DNA of 64,000 nt from Eledone cirrhosa (Eukaryota): positions 95,108,001-95,172,000 of the forward strand of contig OZ024741.1 in NCBI GenBank assembly GCA_964016885.1, given 5' to 3'. Position numbers and translations under genes: made by a program. Positions 40,501 to 55,500 of the stretch are shown in pieces. The notes beneath the pieces are model-generated. The model did not search any database. It was not told the DNA's origin and saw nothing but the letters and a program-made list of their open reading frames with translations. Positions within the stretch are counted from its first letter, which is position 1; each line of letters starts with the position of its first letter.

Positions 40501-43500
40501 GTCAGACATTATCAAGGCTGGAATACTGGGATGGTAGGATATAGTCAGACATTATCAAGGCTGGAATATTGGGATGGTAGGATATAGTCAGATATTATCA
40601 AGACTGGAATATTGGGCTGGTAGGATATAGTCAGACATTATCAAGGCTGGAATACAGGGATGGTAGGATATAGTCAGATATTATCAAGACTGGAATATTA
40701 GGATGGTAGGATATAGTCAGATATTATCAAGGCTGGAATATTGGGATGGTAGGATATAGTCAGATATTATCAAGACTGAAATACTGGGCTGGTATGATAT
40801 AGTCAGATATTATCAAGGCTGGAATACTGGGATGGTAGGATATAGTCAGACATTATCAAGGCTGGAATACTGGGATGGTAGGATATAGTCAGACATTATC
40901 AAGACTGGAATACTGGGATGGTAGGATATAGTCAGACATTATCAAGGCTGGAATACTGGGATGGTAGGATATAGTCAGACATTATCAAGGCTGGAATATT
41001 GGGCTGGTATGATATAGTCAGACATTATCAAGGCTGGAATACTGGGCTGGTAGGATATAGTCAGACATTATCAAGGCTGGAATATTAGTATGGTAGGATA
41101 TAGTCAGATATTATCAAGGCTGGAATACTGGGCTGGTATGATATAGTCAGATATTATCAAGGCTGGAATATTAGGATGGTAGGATATAGTCAGATATTAT
41201 CAAGGCTGGAATACTGGGATGGTAGGATATAGTCAGACATTATCTAGGCTAGAATACTGGGATGGTATGATATAGTCAGATATTATCAAGGCTGTAATAT
41301 TGGGATGGTAGGATATAGTCACATATTATCAAGGCTGGAATATTGGGATTGTAGGATATAGTCAGATATTATCAAGGCTGTAATATTGGGATGGTAGGAT
41401 ATAGTCAGATATTATCAAGGCTGGAATATTGGGCTGGTAGGATATAATCAGATATTATCAAGACTGAAATACTGGGCTGGTAGGATATAGTCACACATTA
41501 TCAAGACTGGAATATTGGGATGGTAGGATATAGTCAGACACTATCAAGGCTGGAATATTGGGATGGTAGGATATAGTCAGACATTATCAAGGCTGGAATA
41601 TTAGGATGGTAGGATATAGTCAGACATTATCAAGACTGAAATACTGGGCTGGTAGGATATAGTCAGACATTATCAAGGCTGGAATATTAGGATGGTAGGA
41701 TATAGTCAGATATTATCAAGACTGGAATATTGGGCTGGTAGGATATAGTCAGACATTATCAAGGCTGGAATACAGGGATGGTAGGATATAGTCAGATATT
41801 ATCAAGACTGGAATATTAGGATGGTAGGATATAGTCAGATATTATCAAGGCTGGAATATTAGGATGGTAGGATATAGTCAGATATTATCAAGGCTGGAAT
41901 ATTAGAATGGTAGGATATAGTCAGATATTATCAAGGCTGGAATACTGGGATGGTATGATATAGTCAGACATTATCAAGGCTGGAATATTGGGATGGTAGG
42001 ATATAGTCAGACATTATCAAGGCTGGAATATTGGGATGGTAGGATATAGTCAGATATTATCAAGACTGGAATATTGGGCTGGTAGGATATAGTCAGACAT
42101 TATCAAGGCTGGAATACAGGGATGGTAGGATATAGTCAGATATTATCAAGACTGGAATATTAGGATGGTAGGATATAGTCAGATATTATCAAGGCTGGAA
42201 TATTGGGATGGTAGGATATAGTCAGATATTATCAAGACTGAAATACTGGGCTGGTAGGATATAGTCAGATATTATCAAGGCTGGAATACTGGGATGGTAG
42301 GATATAGTCAGATATTATCAAGGCTGGAATACTGGGATGGTAGGATATAGTCAGATATTATCAAGGCTGAAATGTTGGGATGGTAGGATATAGTCAGATA
42401 TTATCAAGACTGAAATACTGGGCTGGTATGATATAGTCAGATATTATCAAGGCTGGAATACTGGGATGGTAGGATATAGTCAGACATTATCAAGGCTGGA
42501 ATACTGGGATGGTAGGATATAGTCAGACATTATCAAGACTGGAATACTGGGATGGTAGGATATAGTCAGACATTATCAAGGCTGGAATACTGGGATGGTA
42601 GGATATAGTCAGACATTATCAAGGCTGGAATACTGGGCTGGTAGGATATAGTCAGACATTATCAAGACTGGAATATTAGGCTGGTAGGATATAGTTAGAC
42701 ATTATCTAGGCTGGAATACTGGGCTGGTAGGATATAGTCAGACATTATCAAGACTGGAATATTGGGCTGGTAGGATATAGTCAGACATTATCTAGGCTGG
42801 AATACTGGGCTGGTAGGATATAGTCAGACATTATCAAGACTGGAATATTGGGATGGTATGATATAGTCAGATATTATCAAGACTGGAATACTGGGATGGT
42901 AGGATATAGTCAGATATTATCAAGGCTGAAATGTTGGGATGGTAGGATATAGTCAGATATTATCAAGGCTGGAATATTGGGATGGTAGGATATAGTCAGC
43001 TATTATCAAGGCTGGAATATTAGGATGGTAGGATATAGTCAGACATTATCAAGGCTGGAATACTGGGATGGTAGGATATAGTCAGACATTATCTAGGCTG
43101 GAATACTGGGCTGGTATGATATAGTCAGATATTATCAAGGCTGGAATATTAGGATGGTAAGATATAGTCAGACATTATCAAGGCTGGAATACTGGGATGG
43201 TAGGATATAGTCAGACATTATCTAGGCTGGAATACTGGGCTGGTATGATATAGTCAGATATTATCAAGGCTGGAATATTAGGATGGTAGGATATAGTCAG
43301 ATATTATCAAGGCTGGAATACTGGGATGGTAGGATATAGTCAGACATTATCTAGGCTGGAATACTGGGCTGGTATGATATAGTCAGATATTATCAAGGCT
43401 GTAATATTGGGATGGTAGGATATAGTCAGACATTATCAAGGCTGGAATATTAGGATGGTAGGATATAGTCAGATATTATCAAGACTGAAATACTGGGCTG

Positions 43501-46500
43501 GTAGGATATAGTCAGACATTATCAAGGCTGGAATATTAGGATGGTAGGATATAGTCAGATATTATCAAGGCTGGAATACTGGGATGGTAGGATATAGTCA
43601 GACATTATCAAGGCTGGAATATTAGGATGGTAGGATATAGTCAGATATTATCAAGGCTGGAATATTAGGATGGTAGGATATAGTCAGATATTATCAAGGC
43701 TGGAATACTGGTATGGTATGATATAGTCAGACATTATCAAGGCTGGAATATTGGGATGGTAGGATATAGTCAGACATTACCAAGGCTGGAATGCTGGGAT
43801 GGTAGGATATAGTCAGATATTATCAAGGCTGTAATACTGGGCTGGTAGGATATAGTCAGATATTATCAAGGCTGGAATACTGGGATGGTATGATATAGTC
43901 AGACATTATCTAGGCTGGAATACTGGGCTGGTATGATATAGTCAGACATTATCAAGGCTGGAATATTGGGATGGTAGGATATAGTCAGATATTATCAAGA
44001 CTGGAATATTGGGCTGGTAGGATATAGTCAGACGTTATCAAGGCTGGAATACAGGGATGGTAGGATATAGTCAGACATTATCAAGGCTGGAATACTGGGC
44101 TGGTAGGATATAGTCAGACATTATCAAGGCTGGAATATTAGTATGGTAGGATATAGTCAGATATTATCAAGGCTGGAATACTGGGCTGGTATGATATAGT
44201 CAGATATTATCAAGGCTGGAATATTAGGATGGTAGGATATAGTCAGATATTATCAAGGCTGGAATACTGGGATGGTAGGATATAGTCAGACATTATCTAG
44301 GCTAGAATACTGGGATGGTATGATATAGTCAGATATTATCAAGGCTGTAATATTGGGATGGTAGGATATAGTCACATATTATCAAGGCTGGAATATTGGG
44401 ATTGTAGGATATAGTCAGATATTATCAAGGCTGTAATATTGGGATGGTAGGATATAGTCAGATATTATCAAGGCTGGAATATTGGGCTGGTAGGATATAA
44501 TCAGATATTATCAAGACTGAAATACTGGGCTGGTAGGATATAGTCACACATTATCAAGACTGGAATATTGGGATGGTAGGATATAGTCAGACACTATCAA
44601 GGCTGGAATATTGGGATGGTAGGATATAGTCAGACATTATCAAGGCTGGAATATTAGGATGGTAGGATATAGTCAGACATTATCAAGACTGAAATACTGG
44701 GCTGGTAGGATATAGTCAGACATTATCAAGGCTGGAATATTAGGATGGTAGGATATAGTCAGATATTATCAAGACTGGAATATTGGGCTGGTAGGATATA
44801 GTCAGACATTATCAAGGCTGGAATACAGGGATGGTAGGATATAGTCAGATATTATCAAGACTGGAATATTAGGATGGTAGGATATAGTCAGATATTATCA
44901 AGGCTGGAATATTAGGATGGTAGGATATAGTCAGATATTATCAAGGCTGGAATATTAGAATGGTAGGATATAGTCAGATATTATCAAGGCTGGAATACTG
45001 GGATGGTATGATATAGTCAGACATTATCAAGGCTGGAATACTGGGATGGTAGGATATAGTCAGACATTATCAAGGCTGGAATATTGGGATGGTAGGATAT
45101 AGTCAGATATTATCAAGACTGGAATATTGGGCTGGTAGGATATAGTCAGACATTATCAAGGCTGGAATACAGGGATGGTAGGATATAGTCAGATATTATC
45201 AAGACTGGAATATTAGGATGGTAGGATATAGTCAGATATTATCAAGGCTGGAATATTGGGATGGTAGGATATAGTCAGATATTATCAAGACTGAAATACT
45301 GGGCTGGTAGGATATAGTCAGATATTATCAAGGCTGGAATACTGGGATGGTAGGATATAGTCAGATATTATCAAGGCTGGAATACTGGGATGGTAGGATA
45401 TAGTCAGATATTATCAAGGCTGAAATGTTGGGATGGTAGGATATAGTCAGATATTATCAAGACTGAAATACTGGGCTGGTATGATATAGTCAGATATTAT
45501 CAAGGCTGGAATACTGGGATGGTAGGATATAGTCAGACATTATCAAGGCTGGAATACTGGGATGGTAGGATATAGTCAGACATTATCAAGACTGGAATAC
45601 TGGGATGGTAGGATATAGTCAGACATTATCAAGGCTGGAATACTGGGATGGTAGGATATAGTCAGACATTATCAAGGCTGGAATATTGGGCTGGTACGAT
45701 ATAGTCAGACATTATCAAGGCTGGAATACTGGGCTGGTAGGATATAGTCAGACATTATCAAGGCTGGAATACTGGGCTGGTAGGATATAGTCAGACATTA
45801 TCAAGACTGGAATATTAGGCTGGTAGGATATAGTTAGACATTATCTAGGCTGGAATACTGGGCTGGTAGGATATAGTCAGACATTATCAAGACTGGAATA
45901 TTGGGCTGGTAGGATATAGTCAGACATTATCTAGGCTGGAATACTGGGCTGGTAGGATATAGTCAGACATTATCAAGACTGGAATATTGGGATGGTATGA
46001 TATAGTCAGATATTATCAAGACTGGAATACTGGGATGGTAGGATATAGTCAGATATTATCAAGGCTGAAATGTTGGGATGGTAGGATATAGTCAGATATT
46101 ATCAAGGCTGGAATATTGGGATGGTAGGATATAGTCAGCTATTATCAAGGCTGGAATATTAGGATGGTAGGATATAGTCAGACATTATCAAGGCTGGAAT
46201 ACTGGGATGGTAGGATATAGTCAGACATTATCTAGGCTGGAATACTGGGCTGGTATGATATAGTCAGATATTATCAAGGCTGGAATATTAGGATGGTAAG
46301 ATATAGTCAGACATTATCAAGGCTGGAATACTGGGATGGTAGGATATAGTCAGACATTATCTAGGCTGGAATACTGGGCTGGTATGATATAGTCAGATAT
46401 TATCAAGGCTGGAATATTAGGATGGTAGGATATAGTCAGATATTATCAAGGCTGGAATACTGGGATGGTAGGATATAGTCAGACATTATCTAGGCTGGAA

Positions 46501-49500
46501 TACTGGGCTGGTATGATATAGTCAGATATTATCAAGGCTGTAATATTGGGATGGTAGGATATAGTCAGACATTATCAAGGCTGGAATATTAGGATGGTAG
46601 GATATAGTCAGATATTATCAAGACTGAAATACTGGGCTGGTAGGATATAGTCAGACATTATCAAGGCTGGAATATTAGGATGGTAGGATATAGTCAGATA
46701 TTATCAAGGCTGGAATACTGGGATGGTAGGATATAGTCAGACATTATCAAGGCTGGAATATTAGGATGGTAGGATATAGTCAGATATTATCAAGGCTGGA
46801 ATATTAGGATGGTAGGATATAGTCAGATATTATCAAGGCTGGAATACTGGTATGGTATGATATAGTCAGACATTATCAAGGCTGGAATATTGGGATGGTA
46901 GGATATAGTCAGACATTACCAAGGCTGGAATGCTGGGATGGTAGGATATAGTCAGATATTATCAAGGCTGGAATACTGGGCTGGTAGGATATAGTCAGAT
47001 ATTATCAAGGCTGGAATACTGGGATGGTATGATATAGTCAGACATTATCTAGGCTGGAATACTGGGCTGGTATGATATAGTCAGACATTATCAAGGCTGG
47101 AATATTGGGATGGTAGGATATAGTCAGATATTATCAAGACTGGAATATTGGGCTGGTAGGATATAGTCAGACGTTATCAAGGCTGGAATACAGGGATGGT
47201 AGGATATAGTCAGATATTATCAAGACTGGAATATTAGCATGGTAGGATATAGTCAGATATTATCAAGGCTGGAATATTGGGCTCGTAGGATATAGTCAGA
47301 TATTATCAAGGCTGGAATATTAGGATGGTAGGATATAGTCAGATATTATCAAGACTGAAATACTGGGCTGGTATGATATAGTCAGATATTATCAAGGCTG
47401 GAATACTGGGATGGTAGGATATAGTCAGATATTATCAAGGCTGGAATACTGGGATGGTAGGATATAGTCAGATATTATCAAGGCTGGAATACTGGGATGG
47501 TAGGATATAGTCAGATATTATCAAGGCTGGAATACTGGGATGGTAGGATATAGTCAGATATTATCAAGGCTGGAATATTGGGATGGTAGGATATAGTCAG
47601 ATATTATCAAGACTGAAATACTGGGCTGGTATGATATAGTCAGATATTATCAAGGCTGGAATACTGGGATGGTAGGATATAGTCAGACATTATCAAGGCT
47701 GGAATACTGGGATGGTAGGATATAGTCAGACATTATCAAGACTGGAATACTGGGATGGTAGGATATAGTCAGACATTATCAAGGCTGGAATACTGGGATG
47801 GTAGGATATAGTCAGACATTATCAAGGCTGGAATATTAGTATGGTAGGATATAGTCAGATATTATCAAGGCTGGAATACTGGGCTGGTATGATATAGTCA
47901 GATATTATCAAGGCTGGAATATTATGATGGTAGGATATAGTCAGATATTATCAAGGCTGGAATACTGGGATGGTAGGATATAGTCAGACATTATCTAGGC
48001 TAGAATACTGGGATGGTATGATATAGTCAGATATTATGAAGGCTGTAATATTGGGATGGTAGGATATAGTCACATATTATCAAGGCTGGAATATTGGGAT
48101 TGTAGGATATAGTCAGATATTATCAAGTCTGTAATATTGGGATGGTAGGATATAGTCAGATATTATCAAGGCTGGAATATTGGGCTGGTAGGATATAATC
48201 AGATATTATCAAGACTGAAATACTGGGCTGGTAGGATATAGTCACACATTATCAAGACTGGAATATTGGGATGGTAGGATATAGTCAGACACTATCAAGG
48301 CTGGAATATTGGGATGGTAGGATATAGTCAGACATTATCAAGGCTGGAATATTAGGATGGTAGGATATAGTCAGACATTATCAAGACTGAAATACTGGGC
48401 TGGTAGGATATAGTCAGACATTATCAAGGCTGGAATATTAGGATGGTAGGATATAGTCAGATATTATCAAGGCTGGAATACTCGGATGGTATGATATAGT
48501 CAGATATTATCAAGGCTGGAATATTAGGATGGTAGGATATAGTCAGATATTATCAAGGCTGGAATATTAGAATGGTAGGATATAGTCAGATATTATCAAG
48601 GCTGGAATACTGGGATGGTATGATATAGTCAGACATTATCAAGGCTGGAATACTGGGATGGTAGGATATTGTCAGACATTATCAAGGCTGGAATATTGGG
48701 ATGGTAGGATATAGTCAGATATTATCAAGACTGGAATATTGGGCTGGTAGGATATAGGCAGACATTATCAAGGCTGGAATACAGGGATGGTAGGATATAG
48801 TCAGATATTATCAAGACTGGAATATTAGGATGGTAGGATATAGTCAGATATTATCAAGGCTGGAATATTGGGATGGTAGGATATAGTCAGATATTATCAA
48901 GACTGAAATACTGGGCTGGTAGGATATAGTCAGATATTATCAAGGCTGGAATACTGGGATGGTAGGATATAGTCAGATATTATCAAGGCTGGAATACTGG
49001 GATGGTAGGATATAGTCAGATATTATCAAGGCTGAAATGTTGGGATGGTAGGATATAGTCAGATATTATCAAGACTGAAATACTGGGCTGGTATGATATA
49101 GTCAGATATTATCAAGGCTGGAATACTGGGATGGTAGGATATAGTCAGACATTATCAAGGCTGGAATACTGGGATGGTAGGATATAGTCAGACATTATCA
49201 AGACTGGAATACTGGGATGGTAGGATATAGTCAGACATTATCAAGGCTGGAATACTGGGATGGTAGGATATAGTCAGACATTATCAAGGCTGGAATATTG
49301 GGCTGGTACGATATAGTCAGACATTATCAAGGCTGGAATACTGGGCTGGTAGGATATAGTCAGACATTATCAAGGCTGGAATACTGGGCTGGTAGGATAT
49401 AGTCAGACATTATCAAGACTGGAATATTAGGCTGGTAGGATATAGTTAGACATTATCTAGGCTGGAATACTGGGCTGGTAGGATATAGTCAGACATTATC

Positions 49501-52500
49501 AAGACTGGAATATTGGGCTGGTAGGATATAGTCAGACATTATCTAGGCTGGAATACTGGGCTGGTAGGATATAGTCAGACATTATCAAGACTGGAATATT
49601 GGGATGGTATGATATAGTCAGATATTATCAAGACTGGAATACTGGGATGGTAGGATATAGTCAGATATTATCAAGACTGGAATACTGGGATGGTAGGATA
49701 TAGTCAGACATTATCAAGGCTGGAATACTGGGATGGTAGGATATAGTCAGACATTATCAAGGCTGGAATACTGGGATGGTAGGATATAGTCAGACATTAT
49801 CAAGGCTGGAATATTGGGCTGGTAGGATATAGTCAGACATTATCAAGGCTGGAATATTGGGATGGTAGGATATAGTCAGACATTATTAAGGCTGGAATAC
49901 TGGGATGGTAGGATATAGTCAGACATTATCAAGGCTGGAATATTGGGCTGGTAGGATATAGTCAGACATTATCAAGGCTGGAATATTGGGATGGTAGGAT
50001 ATAGTCAGACATTATCAAGGCTGGAATACTGGGATGGTAGGATATAGTCAGATATTATCAAGGCTGGAATACTGGGATGGTATGATATAGTCAGACATTA
50101 TCAAGGCTGGAATATTGGGATGGTAGGATATAGTCAGACATTATCAAGGCTGGAATACTGGGATGGTAGGATATAGTCAGATATTATCAAGGCTGGAATA
50201 CTGGGCTGGTAGGATATAGTCAGATATTATCAAGGCTGGAATACTGGGATGGTATGATATAGTCAGACATTATCAAGGCTGGAATATTGGGATGGTAGGA
50301 TATAGTCAGACATTATCAAGGCTGGAATACTGGGATGGTAGGATATAGTCAGATATTATCAAGGCTGGAATACTGGGCTGGTAGGATATAGTCAGATATT
50401 ATCAAGGCTGGAATACTGGGATGGTATGATATAGTTAGACATTATCTAGGCTGGAATACTGTGCTGGTATGATATAGTCAGACATTATCTAGGCTGGAAT
50501 ACTGGGCTGGTAGGATATAGTCAGACATTATGAAGACTAGAATATTAGGATGGTAGGATATAGTCAGATATTATCAAGGCTGGAATACTGGGATGGTAGG
50601 ATATAGTCAGACATTATCAAGGTTGGAATACTGGGATGGTAGGATATAGTCAGACATTATCAAGACTGGAATACTGGGATGGTAGGATATAGTCAAACAT
50701 TATCAAAGCTGTAATATTGGGCTGGTAGAATATATTCAGATATAATCAAGGCTGGAATACTGGGCTGGTAGGATATAGTCAGATATTATCAAGGCTGGAA
50801 TACTGGGATGGTATGATATAGTCAGACATTATCTAGGCTGGAATACTGGGCTGGTATGATATAGTCAGACATTATCTAGGCTGGAATACTGGGCTGGTAG
50901 GATATAGTCAGACATTATCAAGACTGGAATATTAGGATGGTAGGATATAGTCAGATATTATCAAGGCTGGAATATTAGGATGGTAGGATATAGTCAGATA
51001 TTATCAAGACTGGAATACTGGGATGGTAGGATATAGTCAGACATTATCAAGGTGGAATACTGGGATGGTAGGATATAGTCAGACATTATCAAGGCTGGAA
51101 TATTGGGATGGTAGGATATAGTCAGATATTATCAAGACTGGAATATTGGGCTGGTAGGATATAGTCAGACATTATCAAGAATGGAATACAGGGATGGTAG
51201 GATATAGTCAGATATTATCAAGACTGGAATATTAGGATGGTAGGATATAGTCAGATATTATCAAGGCTGGAATATTGGGATGGTAGGATATAGTCAGATA
51301 TTATCAAGACTGAAATACTGGGCTGGTATGATATAGTCAGATATTATCAAGACTGAAATACTGGGCTGGTATGATATAGCCAGAGATTATCAAGGCTGGA
51401 ATATTGGGATGGTAGGATATAGTCAGATATTATCAAGACTGAAATACTGGGCTGGTATGATATAGTCAGATATTATCAAGGCTGGAATACTGGGATGGTA
51501 GGATATAGTCAGATATTATCAAGGCTGGAATACTGGGATGGTAGGATATAGTCAGATATTATCAAGGCTGGAATGTTGGGATGGTAGGATATAGTCAGAT
51601 ATTATCAAGACTGAAATACTGGGCTGGTATGATATAGTCAGATATTATCAAGGCTGGAATACTGGGATGGTAGGATATAGTCAGACATTATCAAGGCTGG
51701 AATACTGGGATGGTAGGATATAATCAGACATTATCAAGACTGGAATACTGGGATGGTAGGATATAGTCAGACATTATCAAGGCTGGAATACTGGGATGGT
51801 AGGATATAGTCAGACATTATCAAGGCTGGAATATTGGGCTGGTACGATATAGTCAGACATTATCAAGGCTGGAATACTGGGCTGGTAGGATATAGTCAGA
51901 CATTATCAAGGCTGGAATACTGGGCTGGTAGGATATAGTCAGACATTATCAAGACTGGAATATTGGGCTGGTAGGATATAGTTAGACATTAATCTAGGCT
52001 GGAATACTGGGCTGGTAGGATATAGTCAGACATTATCAAGACTGGAATATTGGGCTGGTAGGATATAGTCAGACATTATCTAGGCTGGAATACTGGGCTG
52101 GTAGGATATAGTCAGACATTATCAAGACTGGAATATTGGGATGGTATGATATAGTCAGATATTATCAAGACTGGAATACTGGGATGGTAGGATATAGTCA
52201 GATATTATCAAGACTGGAATACTGGGATGGTAGGATATAGTCAGACATTATCAAGGCTGGAATACTGGGATGGTAGGATATAGTCAGACATTATCAAGGC
52301 TGGAATACTGGGATGGTAGGATATAGTCAGACATTATCAAGGCTGGAATATTGGGCTGGTAGGATATAGTCAGACATTATCAAGGCTGGAATATTGGGAT
52401 GGTAGGATATAGTCAGACATTATCAAGGCTGGAATACTGGGATGGTAGGATATAGTCAGACATTATCAAGGCTGGAATATTGGGCTGGTAGGATATAGTC

Positions 52501-55500
52501 AGACATTATCAAGGCTGGAATATTGGGATGGTAGGATATAGTCAGACATTATCAAGGCTGGAATACTGGGATGGTAGGATATAGTCAGATATTATCAAGG
52601 CTGGAATACTGGGCTGGTAGGATATAGTCAGATATTATCAAGGCTGGAATACTGGGATGGTATGATATAGTTAGACATTATCTAGGCTGGAATACTGTGC
52701 TGGTATGATATAGTCAGACATTATCTAGGCTGGAATACTGGGCTGGTAGGATATAGTCAGACATTATGAAGACTAGAATATTAGGATGGTAGGATATAGT
52801 CAGATATTATCAAGGCTGGAATACTGGGATGGTAGGATATAGTCAGACATTATCAAGGCTGGAATACTGGGATGGTAGGATATAGTCAGACATTATCAAG
52901 ACTGGAATACTGGGATGGTAGGATATAGTCAGACATTATCAAGGCTGGAATACTGGGATGGTAGGATATAGTCAGACATTATCAAGGCTGGAATATTGGG
53001 CTGATACGATATAGTCAGATATTATCAAGGCTGGAATACTGGGCTGGTAGGATATAGTCAGACATTATCAAGGCTGGAATACTGGGCTGGTAGGATATAG
53101 TCAGACATTATCAAGACTGGAATATTGGGCTGGTAGGATATAGTTAGACATTATCTAGGCTGGAATACTGGGCTGGTAGGATATAGTCAGACATTATCAA
53201 GACTGGAATATTAGGCTGGTAGGATATAGTCAGACATTATCTAGGCTGGAATACTGGGCTGGTAGGATATAGTCAGACATTATCAAGACTGGAATATTGG
53301 GATGGTATGATATAGTCAGATATTATCAAGACTGGAATACTGGGATGGTAGGATATAGTCAGACATTATCAAGGCTGGAATACTAGGATGGTAGGATATA
53401 GTCAGACATTATCAAGGCTGGAATACTGGGATGGTAGGATATAGTCAGACATTATCAAGGCTGGAATATTGGGCTGGTAGAATATATTCAGACATTATCA
53501 AGGCTGGAATATTGGGATGGTAGGATATAGTCAGACATTATCAAGGCTGGAATACTGGGATGGTAGGATATAGTCAGATATTATCAAGGCTGGAATACTG
53601 GGATGGTATGATATAGTCAGACATTATCAAGGCTGGAATATTGGGATTGTAGGATATAGTCAGACATTATCAAGGCTGGAATACTGGGATGGTAGGATAT
53701 AGTCAGATATTATCAAGGCGGGAATACTGGGGTGGTAGGATATAGTCAGATATTATCAAGGCTGGAATACTGGGATGGTATGATATAGTCAGACATTATC
53801 TAGGCTGGAATACTGGGCTGGTATGATATAGTCAGACATTATCTAGGCTGGAATACTGGGCTGGTAGGATATAGTCAGACATTATCAAGACTGGAATATT
53901 AGGATGGTAGGATATAGTCAGATATTATCAAGGCTGGAATATTAGGATGGTAGGATATAGTCAGATATTATCAAGACTGGAATACTGGGATGGTAGGATA
54001 TAGTCAGACATTATCAAGGTGGAATACTGGGATGGTAGGATATAGTCAGACATTATCAAGGCTGGAATATTGGGATGGTAGGATATAGTCAGATATTATC
54101 AAGACTGGAATATTGGGCTGGTAGGATATAGTCAGACATTATCAAGGCTGGAATACAGGGATGGTAGGATATAGTCAGATATTATCAAGACTGGAATATT
54201 AGGATGGTAGGATATAGTCAGATATTATCAAGGCTGGAATATTGGGATGGTAGGATATAGTCAGATATTATCAAGACTGAAATACTGGGCTGGTATGATA
54301 TAGTCACACATTATCAAGGCTGGAATATTGGGATGGTAGGATATAGTCAGATATTATCAAGACTGGAATACTGGGCTGGTATGATATAGTCAGATATTAT
54401 CAAGGCTGGAATACTGGGATGGTAGGATATAGTCAGATATTATCAAGGCTGGAATACTGGGATGGTAGGATATAGTCAGATATTATCAAGGCTGGAATAT
54501 TGGGATGGTAGGATATAGTCAGATATTATCAAGACTGAAATACTGGGCTGGTATGATATAGTCAGATATTATCAAGGCTGGAATACTGGGATGGTAGGAT
54601 ATAGTCAGATATTATCAAGGCTGGAATATTGGGATGGTAGGATATAGTCAGACATTATCAAGGCTGGAATACTGGGATGGTAGGATATAGTCAGACATTA
54701 TCAAGACTGGAATACTGGGATGGTAGGTTATAGTCAGACGTTATCAAGGCTGGAATACTGGGATGGTAGGATATAGTCAAACATTATCAAGGCTGGAATA
54801 TTGGGCTGGTAGGATATAGTCAGACATTATCAAGACTGGAATGTTGGGCTGGTAGGATATAGTCAGATATTATCAAGACTGGAATACTGGGATGGTATGA
54901 TATAGTCAGACATTATCAAGGATGGAATATTAGGATGGTAGGATATAGTCAGACATTATCAAGGCTGGAATATTAGGATGGTAGGATATAGTCAGATATT
55001 ATCAAGGCTGGAATACTGGGATGGTATGATATAGTCAGACATTATCTAGGCTGGAATACTGGGCTGGTATGATATAGTCAGACATTATCTAGGCTGGAAT
55101 ACTGGGCTGGTAGGATATAGTCAGACATTATCAAGACTGGAATATTAGGATGGTAGGATATAGTCAGACATTATCAAGACTGGAATATTAGGATGGTAGG
55201 ATATAGTCAGACATTATCTAGGCTGGAATACTGGGATGGTAGAATATAGTCAGACATTATCAAGGACGGAATATTGGGATGGTAGGATATAGTCAGATAT
55301 TATCAAGACTGGAATACTGGGATGGTAGGATATAGTCAGACATTATCAAGGCTGGAATACTGGGATGGTAGAATATAGTCAGACATTATCAAGGACGGAA
55401 TATTGGGATGGTAGGATATAGTCAGATATTATCAAGACTGGAATATTGGGCTGGTAGGATATAGTCAGACATTATCAAGGCTGGAATACAGGGATGGTAG

